From: Lytechinus pictus
Taxonomy: Eukaryota
NCBI RefSeq assembly: GCF_037042905.1
Contig: NC_087250.1
Span: forward strand, 23,128,001-23,192,000
Reading direction: 5' to 3'
Length of the DNA stretch: 64,000 nt
The notes beneath the pieces are model-generated. The model did no database searches. It was not told where the DNA came from and was given only the letters and a program-made list of their open reading frames with translations. The position numbers and the translations under genes were made by a program. Positions within the stretch are counted from its first letter, which is position 1, and every line of letters begins with the position of its first letter. Below are positions 53,583 to 64,000 of the stretch, in pieces.

Positions 53583-54051
53583 CTGTAAACAAGAAGAAGT
53601 TTGAACACTCTTGGTTTAAATATTGTTTGTAATAATAACAGACTTCATTCTATTCACTGTAGGCATGGATATACAGTACATGTAGCCCAAGAAATATTTT
53701 CATTAATTTTGTTGTTTACCTAGACTTTATCCATTTCATTTATTGAAGACATGGAGACACATGTACCCCAAGAAACTATTCTTTATTCTTTTGTTGTTCA
53801 TCTATTTTCAGCCTCAATCCATTTTATTGCTTGCAGGAATAGAAATAGACCTAGAAATATTTTCATTTTTTTTTTATTTGACTACTTTCAGCCTCCGTCC
53901 AGTTTATTCATTGCATACACAGAAATAGCCCAATAGGTATTTTCATATCTTTAGCTGTTTGTCTACTTACATACCCCATCCATTTCATTCACTGTAGGCA
54001 TGGAAATACCCAAAAGAAATATTTCATTTCATTTTTGATTTGCCTACTTAC

Positions 54052-54180
54052 CGCCTCCATCCAAGGAACAGGGAACTGCCCTTCTTGCCCCCTTCCATTG
54101 CGCATCGTCCACCAATCCGCTTCGTCTCGGTTCACTAACGTCAGAATCTCGTTTTTCTGAGCGGGTAAATCGTCAGAATC
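54052..54180 (-). CDS. CRK: Crk-type adaptor exon (N-terminal SH3)
   Basis: 129 bp, AG..GT bounded, DSDDLPAQKNEILTLVNRDEADWWTMRNGRGQEGQFPVPWMEA. Confidence 0.92.
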
Positions 54181-56623
54181 CTGAGCGAATTATGGACAAA
54201 AGACATTGGGAGATTTACATTACATTATTTGTATTTTTTAATTTAATCAAACCAGTTTTCTTACTTATCTTTCTATGTTATAGGAAAATGGACATTTTCA
54301 AGTGATTATTCATTCTCCTTCACACCACTGTACAACGAGTAAGAAGAGATCCATCATTTACTGGCACAGAATCTGTAATCATCTGAACAAGAATTTGAAA
54401 TCATATCAGCAGGGTACCCAGCTTTTTGAGAAAACAAAATTCCCTGATTTTTCCCTGATGAAGTATAATAATTCCCTGATAACTGTTTAAACCCATTCCA
54501 AGGTTAAAGTTGTTGCTGTGAATTACATGTATTTTCAGTATATTAAAAACAATAATGTAAAACCAAGTTGGTACTATTACACAGGCATGTAATTGCCTCC
54601 CTTCTCTCCATACAGCCATCCTTTCCTCATCTTTATACAGAAAGAGGTTGAAATGCAACACAATATACCAGAGTCGGACTGACTGTCGTGCTTTCAAATT
54701 TTGGGCTGATCAAATTCCCTGATTTTTCCCTCATTTGAGGCATTTCCCCTGATTTGACGTATTTTCTATCAAATTCCCTGAATCATCTGAACAAGAATTT
54801 GAAATTTAATCAGTCTTAACTACTGGGAGGTACATGTACATGTAACCAGTAAATCTTTAGTTCTCTGAAGCATTTTTAGCCTTTACTGTATGTACATGTC
54901 TTTTCGTTATTTTTTTTTTCAATTTCACTTCTCACGATATTGACATTCATAAATGAAACTGAATAATCGAAGTGGAATGGATAAATTAGGTTCTATTCTT
55001 TATTTTCTCAAAAGCACAGAAGAACATAACATGGCTTTTAATATCAAAGTCTACATAAAAGACTACATGCCATGAATTTCCATTCAAGTTTTAATTTTTT
55101 TAATTTCACTCTTTTCATGGTATTGACATTCATCAGTGAATGAGGATAAAGGAACTTAAGGAAATGGAATGGACATATTGTATTAATTACTTCCTTTTTT
55201 TCAAAAGCACAGAAAAAAATATAACATGACTACATCAAAGTCTACATGTACATACAAGACAACATGAAGAGCTTCAAAAAGTGGTCTATTTCCACACATA
55301 AAAATCAATCAAATGACCGTCTGACATTTCTTTTTTTAGTGTTAAGCTTCAAAGTGTATGGTGTATCTTTACACCAAGCCAGTATCAAAACATGTAGCCT
55401 ATTCAGCAAGTTAAATGATACCCCATTTTTTGTTAAACATGTACTTCACTATTTGGCATTTACAGTTAGTACTTGCAGACAGTAGTCTGCTGTGCGAGTA
55501 AAGGGTCTGAATTGCAGCCTATTCATGCCTTGTGTACTGAAGGCCCTCTCGCTCAGTTGAATTGAAACAGCAAGTTCTGTATGTTCTAGTCTTTGCGTGG
55601 AGACACACTTGTTGATCAAAGTTGCAATCAGGGTCTCTGCCTGCAGACTATGCAGACAGTGTGTGTGTTTTTGTGATTTCATTCATACAACAGGGTTTAC
55701 ACTCTCTTAAAATCCTTAAAACTTGTTGTCCAACATGTTTTGATTACCAAATTCCATTTCCTCCAAAAATGTCTGAAATGTTAGACTAATCTAAGAATAA
55801 CATTGCAAGGAAATCAGATTTTCTATCCAAAAAAAATCAACCTAAAACAAACAATTCTTACAGCATCCTGGTACGGATTAATGTAGGGGATTTTTGTTTG
55901 TTAGTTTTAATTGAGTCATATTTTACATGTATATTTCACTTGTCAAGAAAGACATTTGACTGTGGAAAAGTGAATCAAAATTATTGAACAAACATCAAGA
56001 GTATTCTGACACTTTGTTGATACAGTACAGTAAATTAAGAACCTACTTGCAGAATTTGATATCCTGGTTCACATTGCAATGTAAAATGCAATATGACAGA
56101 AATTTAAAGAATCAAATTCATAATATGGAAATGAAAAAAAAAATCATTCTTTTCTACGTGCAAACCTATGGAATCAACCAGTCCCCCCCCCCCCCCAAAC
56201 ACAATATGAAGTCATGTTACTCTAGCCGTTAAGACGCTCGATAAAGCCTATTGTCAAAACCAGTTAATTTGAGTAAATTCAAGTGGTGAATGAGCATAAA
56301 ACTTAGATTGTTGTTGTACTACATGTATGTTATATTTCCTATTAAATTTCCCATAAAATATATATATTTCCCATTAGTAGCTCAGTCTGGATCTTTAAAC
56401 CCAAACCCTTGCAGAATCTTTTTTTTTTTTTTGGGGGGGGGGGTACTTTTCACAACTTACTGGGTAAATCAGTAACATTGGATAGTATTGAACATTACGA
56501 TGAACGTGGATTTCCAAGGTATCCCTTTCACCAGGACTCTATTGAACGTTTTGGGGGCTAAAATCGCACCAGCCCCGTGTTATTATTTTTCCCTGTACCT
56601 ATGGTCAATATCACTGTATTTAA

Positions 56624-57674
56624 TTAAAGGAAACCAAAACCCAGGAAGAGAAGCAAACTAAGAGCATATAGAGACATTATTCATAATTGTGATATGCGCT
56701 ATACAAGAACTGTTTATTATTATTATTATTATTATTATTGGAAAATGTAAAATGAGAGGAACAATTTAAAACAAGTTTCATCAAAATTGGTAATATAAAA
56801 TAAGCAAGTTATGGATGTTTAAAAAGTCTTGTTGTACTTTCTATGGGGATCCTCAAATTGGCAAATGTGCTTCAAAATGGCTGATTTTGTGGACAACTCT
56901 CCATTTGTTTTGTACACAGATTTTCAGATTTCCCCGTTTATTTTACATATTTCATATTATCTCCTCCTGACCTTGACATATGTGGTGTGAATTATATTTT
57001 CTCATGACATATGTTGTGCTCAGAAGGAGGCAGATGCAATTCGAAAGATAATGAGGAAAATCTGAAAATTTGTGTACAAAACAAATGGAGAGTTGTCCAC
57101 AAAATCAGCAATTTTGAAGCATGTTTGCCAGTTTCAGGATCTCCATAGAAAGTACAACAACAGTTTTCAAACTTCCATAACTGGCTTATTCTATAACCGA
57201 TTTTGATAAAACAAGTTTTAGATTGCTCCTCTCATTTTATTCTTTCTGATAAGATGGATTTTCTCCTTGTATTTTGGTTTCCTTTAAGGCTAAATGACAG
57301 TAGTTGCAGTAAAACACTAATTTCGTGAGAAAGTCTGTAAAACCAAGGTTAAGTATGACTATATCATTGTGGATCTAGATCTGGTACAGTTACATAAACT
57401 GAACTTTGTGAAATCATAAAATCTAAGCTGAAATACGATCACACTGAAGATCGCCAACACAGATAGGCACACGTGGGACAGTGTATTATTATTGCTGGAA
57501 TAAAGACCCGACGGAAGTGACCGAATCCGCGCTTATTTCTCAGCAATTACACAATTTCTTCCAGAATCCTTTGGCACATATTTTTTATTCATACAAACAG
57601 ACACTTGGGTGGTCATTATATTAGTAGTAAAAAGTCATTTTGAGATAGTTACCAGAACTGGAATTTACCTTTAA
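56624..57674. mobile_element. Two abutting Kolobok-like MITEs (family E 56624-57287, family F 57284-57674) sharing one TTAA
   Basis: ...GGTTTCCT-TTAA-GGCTAAATGACAGTAG...; the family E copy carries a short L2-type tail insert at ~56660-56738. Confidence 0.85.
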
Positions 57675-57696
57675 CTCTATTATCTTTATTACTTAC

Positions 57697-57819
57697 ATCA
57701 CTGGTGAAGGTGTATTTAACTCTAAATCGTTCGGCGTTGCTTGGTGGTATGCTAGGAGGAGGTGTAGGATTTACGGGAGGAACTTCGGGCTTCGGCGTCG
57801 GCGGTGCTCTGTCGTTTAA
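57697..57819 (-). CDS. CRK: Crk-type adaptor exon (Pro-rich SH2-SH3 linker and start of nSH3)
   Basis: 123 bp, phase 0; LNDRAPPTPKPEVPPVNPTPPPSIPPSNAERFRVKYTFTSD. SH2 exons presumably lie beyond 64000. Confidence 0.85.
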
Positions 57820-58200
57820 CTGCTCCACGGTAAAGAAAAAAAGTTTACATTAATTATTTAAAAGATACAGTTTATGGCTTTCACTGAGTTTAATAATAGG
57901 ATCGCTTTGACTGATCTGGGCCCAGTCTTACACAGAGTTACGATTGATCCAATCAATCGTAACTCTATGGTAATCCATCAGTGTCATAATTTTTTCTACA
58001 TAAAATTTTCAAAATGTCCTTTGTAAACAAAGGCGAACACACCAAATTGTCAAGAAAACAATGAATTTATTTAATTTACCTCATATCTAGACAACATTTT
58101 GAACATTCATGCATTTTAGGTGTTGACGTTGCTGGCCGTCCATAGCTGTGATTGATCGGGTCAATTGCAACTCTTTGTAAGAAGGGGCCCTGATGTCAGA

Positions 58201-58280
58201 AAAAATCTTGGAAACAACGAGATTTGAACCTCTCGTCTACTGATCGCCGGTCAGCGACTCTACCACCAGGCCATCACCTG
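58201..58280 (-). mobile_element. tRNA-derived SINE head or tRNA pseudogene
   Basis: Minus strand has A-box TGGCCTGGTGG, anticodon-like arm GCTGA-CCGGCGA-TCAGT, B-box GGTTCAAATC and then TTTTT; no pairing acceptor stem. Confidence 0.65.
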
Positions 58281-58385
58281 GACCATGACACCATCATGAT
58301 GAAATAGAAACAAATACCTCGGTACCTACATGTATGATTTTTAATCTAACTTACATTAGTTGCCATGGATGATGAAATGGAATTG

Positions 58386-58971
58386 TTAAAGGGAATGTCC
58401 GGGCTGAAAATATATCTTAATACATAGAGTAGAATTCACTGAGCAAAATGCCGAAAATGTCAACAAAATCGGATAACAAATAATAAAGTTATTGAAGTTT
58501 AAAGTTTAGCAATATTTTGTGAAAACAGTCGTTATGAAAATTTATTAGGTGGGCTGATGATGTCACATCCCCACTTTCTGTTTTCTTATGTTATTACATG
58601 AAATCATAATTTTTGTGTTATTTAATTCTTCTGTGAATAATATGTCTCCCTTATAATGAAATAAGTTGCAGCAATGAATATCCAATGCACTAAATCAGTT
58701 GTCAATCCACTTTTTCTAGTTATTGGAGGGAAAAATTTGAATAAACCTAATTTCATATAATAAAATACAAAAGAGCAAGTGGGGATGTGACATCATCAGC
58801 CCACTTAATGAATATTCATGACGACTGTTTTCACAAAATATTGCTTAACTTTAAAATTCAATAACTTTGTTATTTGTTATCCGATTTTGATAAAATTTTC
58901 TGCATTTTTCTCAGTGAATTCTACTTTATTTATTAAGCTATAAATACTTTCAGCCTGGACCATCCCTTTAA
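58386..58971. mobile_element. Kolobok-like MITE family D
   Basis: TTAA-AGGGAATGTCCGGGCTGAAA ... TTTCAGCCTGGACCATCCCT-TTAA. Confidence 0.88.
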
Positions 58972-59466
58972 TACAATCACCTGTAGTACATGTATATGCT
59001 GCAATATGTACATGTACATTGCCATCTTCATGCCAGGGGATACATGTGCATGTAGTCTGCTCGCACAGAATCAAATTTGACTCACTACAAGTACAGTGTA
59101 TAACAATTATAGTCTGATATGTGAAGTCTAGCTGGTAGACTACAAACCCACTGTGTTGTAAACATGTAGCCAACCATGTACCTGTACATGTAGTCTCTAC
59201 ATTCAGACTCCGATTGAATACAACATGGAGAAACCATGAGTCTGTGTTTGCAAACTAGGGGCGAGAGAAAGGGAACATGGGGTTTACACAGAGTTAAACT
59301 TGGAAAGGAGAAATGCATGTACATGTATGCCTAAAGCTTTGTCAGGTGGGGGTCATACATAGTATGTAGAATACACATGTAGTGGTTTGTCTGTACATGT
59401 ACACACACTCCAATATGCTGTAAAGTGCTTTGAGCCGTTGTATAAAAACTGGCTATTATTATCATG

Positions 59467-62257
59467 GGCTTATTATATTCACTCGCGTTGGTAATCACTC
59501 GCATCGCGTTGGTAATCACACGCGTTTTTTATTTTTGTCTATTTTTTTTCATTTCGGTGCGATTTTTTTTCTAACGGTGTCTTCAATGGGACAAACACGC
59601 TGGGAAAATAAAATGAAATTGAAATTCGAGTTTCGTTTTAAGCCGGCAAGTGCCTGAAATAAGATGTACTCGACTACTGCTTTAACATAACAAACAAGCA
59701 AATCAGCCATGTGGCTCAACTAACTTAGAATAGATCCGGACTTCTACTGTGTCTTATACGAGGACTCCGAGTCGGAACTTGCCATATCTGCCACATCGAT
59801 ATTACATCGTATCATTCCCATATGCGGACATGCCTGCATGCAATGGCCCCAAGGCGGCTGGACCCGGCCGCGGTCGGACACAACGTGCATCGGTAGCATG
59901 GAGCAAGCTAACGTGAGTCGAGCTGAGTTAGATCCCACGTTACATATGAGACGCCGATTGTACCAATATTATATAGAACAATTATTTGTTACATACTGTA
60001 ATCATTATTCATTAAATAATAACTATTATTTATATATAATTTACATTCTATTTGTAAATAATTACTATTATACAGTGCGTCCCAGAAAAAACGAAACCGA
60101 GATTTAGCGATGATTTATCACAACTTAATCACAAATACAATAGACAAATGACCTATACCAATGTAAAGCTTAGAATCTCCTTTCATCTGATATTACTTAG
60201 ATTATTCCTCATTCACGCATGAGTGAGCAAAAACAATTTGAAGAAAGGATACCAAAAACTCATTTGGCGGGGGGGGTATCTGAATTTTAAAAAGAAAATC
60301 ACGTGCCTAAAAAGTTCAATATCTGCTCTTTAATTTAATACCTTAATCACAAAAAATGGCCAAGAAGTAAAAAAGTTACGTTCCCTCGAAACAATGCTTG
60401 TATTTCCATAATTTCATTAAATAAACGTGTTTTCACCGGTTTTCACAGAAGCTATCGCATAGTTAACAAGTGTCGAGTGAGTTTGAACGCTAGCCTGTAA
60501 ACCTCTTCATTTTATGAAATTATTGAAATTCAAGCCTTATTTCAAATAACCATAACTTTCTTATTTCTAGACCATTTTCTGTAATTGAGGTATCAAATTA
60601 AAGAGCAGACATTGAACTTTTTAGAAATGTGGTTTTCTTTTTGAAACCCAGATACAGCCCGCCAAATTACTTTTTGGTATACCCTCTTCAAATTGTTTTT
60701 GCTCACTCATGCGTGAATGAGAATAAATCTAAGTAATTTCAGATGAAAGAGGAGATTCTAAGCTTTACAATGATAGGTCATTTGTCTATTGCATTTGTGA
60801 TAAAGTTATGATAAATCATTGATAAATATCGGTTTCGTTTTTTGTGGGATGCACTGTATAAAATAACATTTCTAATTATTTATATATAATTCCAAGTAAT
60901 ACTTCATTATTTGTAAATAATAATAGTTCGACATTCTATTATTTATAAATAATGATTATTTGTTTTTCATTATTTATAAATACTGATTATTTGTTTTTCA
61001 TTATTTATAAATAATGATTAGTTCTTTTTAATTATTTGTAAATAATGATTTTTTTTTCATTATTTATGAATAATGATAATTTGTTTTTCATTATTTATGA
61101 ATAATGATAATTTGTTTTTCATTATTCATAAATAATGATTATTTGTTTTTCATTATTTATAAATAATGATTATTTGTTTTTCATTATTTATAAATAATGG
61201 TTATTTGTATATAAATAACGATTATTTGTATAATATGGCAAATTGTAAAAATCGTTTATAAATAATGATTATTTATAAATAATGGGATATTTAAACAAAA
61301 ATGTTATTTATAAATAATGAAACACGATGAATTTTCATTATTTATAAATAATGGGAAACTCAACAAATTATTTATAAATAAAGAAATGTGCACTGGCATT
61401 GTTAATAGATAATTATCATTTACAAATAATAGAAAACTCGACAAACTTATTTATAAATAAAAAAACGAATTGCAATTATTCATAAATAATGAAGTAAGCA
61501 GTGTCATTATTTATAAAAAATGAAACACAAAAATTATTATTTATAGATAATGAAAAACAAATAATCATTATTTATGAATAATAGAATGTCGAACTATTAT
61601 TATTTACAAATAATGAAGTATTACTTGGAATTATATATAAATAATTAGAAATGTTATTTTATATAATAGTAATTATTTACAAATAGAATGTAAATTATAT
61701 ATAAATAATAGTTATTATTTAATGAATAATGATTATATAACAAATAATTGTTCTATATAATATTGGTACAATCGGCGCCTCATATATAACGCGGGATCTA
61801 ACTCAGCTCGACTCACGCTAGCTTGCTCCATGCTACCGATGCACGTCGTGTCCGAACGCGGCCGGGTCCGGCCGCCTTGGGGCCATTGCATGCAGGCATG
61901 TCCGCATATGGGAATGATACGATGTAATATCGATGTGGCAGATATGGCAAGTTCCGACTCGGAGTCCTCGTATAAGACACAGTAGAAGTCCGGATCTATT
62001 CTAAGTTAGTTGAGCCACATGGCTGATTTGCTTGTTTGTTATGTTAAAACAGTAGTCGAGTACATTTTATTTTAAGGCACTTAATTGCCGGCTTAAAACG
62101 AAACTCGAATTTCAATTTCATTTTATTTTCCCTACATGTCTGTCCTATTGAAGACACCGTTAAAAAAAATCGCACCGAAATAAAAAAAAAAATCGCCAAA
62201 AATTCAAAACGCGAGTGATTACGAACCCGCACACGACGCGAGTGATTATAAACTGCC
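59467..62257. mobile_element. Foldback DNA transposon with ~700-bp inverted arms, AT-rich tandem core and 8-bp TSD (Merlin-like or TU-like)
   Basis: TTATCATG at 59459-59466 and 62258-62265; GGC..GCC termini; 59590-60070 is nearly the reverse complement of 61660-62160; ~31-bp TTTGTTTTTCATTATTTATAAATAATGATTA repeats inside. Confidence 0.92.
60073..60856. mobile_element. Tc1/mariner-type MITE with long TIRs nested in the left arm of the foldback
   Basis: TA-CAGTGCGTCCCA..AAACGAAACCGA ... TCGGTTTCGTTTTTTGTGGGATGCACTG-TA; the empty site is visible in the right arm. Confidence 0.92.
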
Positions 62258-63039
62258 TTATCATGTGTGTGTGGGGGGGGGGGGGGGGGGCTGGTTGATT
62301 CCATAGGTTTGCATGTAGAAAAGAAGGAGTATTTTTTTCATTTCCATATTATGAATTTGATTCTTATTATTACCAAAAATCCCCATACTATAATAAAGTC
62401 AATAAAGACCTTCTTCTTTATTAAATACTATCAAAATGACAAAACAAAAAGGAAAGGCGAGTTATCAGCTCTACAGCTTACAAGTATATCCCTGGTGTTA
62501 TGCAAAAGAACTACAGCATTTTGTCCAATTAACTAAAATGTCAATAAATTCCTACTTTTCATTACCTGTGAATTTTTTCATTGATGTTACTTGTTTGATA
62601 TTTCTCTTTGTTGGGGGTAGACAATTATTGTCCATAACAAGAAATACTATTGCCCATAATAAAGCAGAGCTCTAGTCACAATGCATGCAATTTACTTGTC
62701 ATTTGACAATATACATGTACATTACGTAAAACATACTTTGTATTTTTGTCTACATGTACCTACACTCAATCAAACATGCATGAAAAGGGAAATCCCCTCA
62801 CTATGATGTCATCACATGAGGAAGCAGATATGAGGTTTTAATAACAATGACAAAATGACCTTAAACCTTTATTGTGCAAACACTGCAATTATGTCACACA
62901 CAAAACATTAGTGTTCATACGCATCCGGGTGATGAGAAGCACAATGTACATGTTTTATGTACAATTTAAGTGCAAAATAAGGCTTACTGGTTGGCATACT
63001 ACTATGTACATCAATACATATGCGCACACTATTACATGT

Positions 63040-63512
63040 ATGCATTTCACACCGCATTTCCTTAACCCCACACTACCTATTTTTGCTTTCACACTGTCTT
63101 TCTTAACCCCTTACTATTTGCTTAGCCAGGGTTAACGCCTTAACCCCGGACTATCGCACAGCTCATGAATATTGATGATTTTGCCACACAGAGCGTGATT
63201 AACGTGCAATTTTGACTTCTGTGATTGGCTAGTGCTTAGCCCCACTTTTCCTTAGCCCAGCTTCGCTTCACATTGCTTCTCTTACCACCGCAATTGTGGT
63301 GCTAGCACCGCAATAAGCCGGCTAACCCTGCTTTTTTGTAGGGCAAGATAGTACCGTACTATTAACCATGCTAGCCCACTTTGCTAAAACGTAGTGTGAA
63401 ACTGAAGTGGGCTAAGCTTAACCCCGGAAAATTAGTGGGGCTAAGACCCCCCCCCCCCTTGCCCCACCAATTCCCTGGGATTAAGGAAAATAAGTGCAGT
63501 GTGAAAAGCATA
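63040..63512. mobile_element. Harbinger-like MITE
   Basis: ATGCATTTCACACCGCATTTCCTTAA ... TTAAGGAAAATAAGTGCAGTGTGAAAAGCAT. Confidence 0.6.
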
Positions 63513-63758
63513 TGTAGAGCATACTCCCATTGACCGATGGTGTCAACTCATTCATGAAATACAAATTAATTCAATGCTTAAGCAAGAGCATCAAAATAAA
63601 ATGCAATGAATGAATGATACATGTATTGGAAAAGAGCAAAAATCCAACCAAAAGCTCAGCTTTTTTGAGCTGGGAAAGTTAAATCAAATCAAAGGATATT
63701 AAATGTTTGATTGATACAAGGATTGTTGAATCCTCATCTGTCTAGATTGATAAAACTA

Positions 63759-63969
63759 CAGTAGTGTACGCAGGGGGTGGTTACAGGGGTTCAACCCCCC
63801 TCCTAATTTTTTATCCCCAAAAGCAACCCCCCCCCCCCAAAAAAAAAAAAAAAATTTCTTTGGGGTAGGAAATGACCAAAAATTTGTGAAAACTGTTTTT
63901 TTGTTGGTTGTCAACATTTCAGTCAGCTTGAACCCACCCCCCCCCTAAAAAATCCTGCGTACGCTACTG
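63759..63969. mobile_element. hAT-like MITE
   Basis: CAGTAGTGTACGCAGG ... CCTGCGTACGCTACTG TIRs. Confidence 0.7.
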
Positions 63970-64000
63970 ACCTACTACTATGTACATACATACATGTACA

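Noticed and set aside
56461..56557. AG..GTAAGT-bounded minus-strand segment in a Crk intron
   Set aside because: Stops in all three frames, and the flanking exons already join in frame; a poison exon cannot be supported without RNA data.
59744..60107. Short ORFs in the foldback arm
   Set aside because: No transposase motifs; chance ORFs in a GC-rich TIR block.

Overview
AT-rich, intron-rich, repeat-dense animal DNA, not prokaryotic. The repeat types suggest an echinoderm such as a sea urchin (inference). Hand splicing supports four protein-coding genes. (1) A minus-strand SLC46/PCFT-family MFS transporter with three coding exons found (14943-14010, 8745-8674, 7975-7844); its 3' exons probably lie left of the window. 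(2) A single-coding-exon gene of unknown function (minus, 21648-20635). (3) A complete five-exon plus-strand SLC46 paralog (30809-39864). (4) The 3' four exons of a Crk/CrkL-type SH2-SH3-SH3 adaptor (minus, 57819-51576). The rest is mobile DNA: about 15 TTAA-flanked Kolobok-like MITEs; Harbinger-, CMC-, Tc1-, piggyBac-, hAT- and Academ-like MITEs; a decayed CR1/L2-group LINE; SINEs; and microsatellites. The most notable observations are: an uninterrupted R4/Dong-like REL retrotransposon fragment inside a (TAA)n tract; a 2.8-kb foldback element with an 8-bp TSD whose two arms appear to record a Tc1 excision footprint next to a Tc1 insertion; tandem duplications that copy exon ends with their splice donors in two genes; residue-level divergence between the SLC46 paralogs; and a Crk with a short linker and an atypical nSH3. 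I found no convincing new multi-gene system. Family assignments come from motifs and termini read by eye, not database searches.
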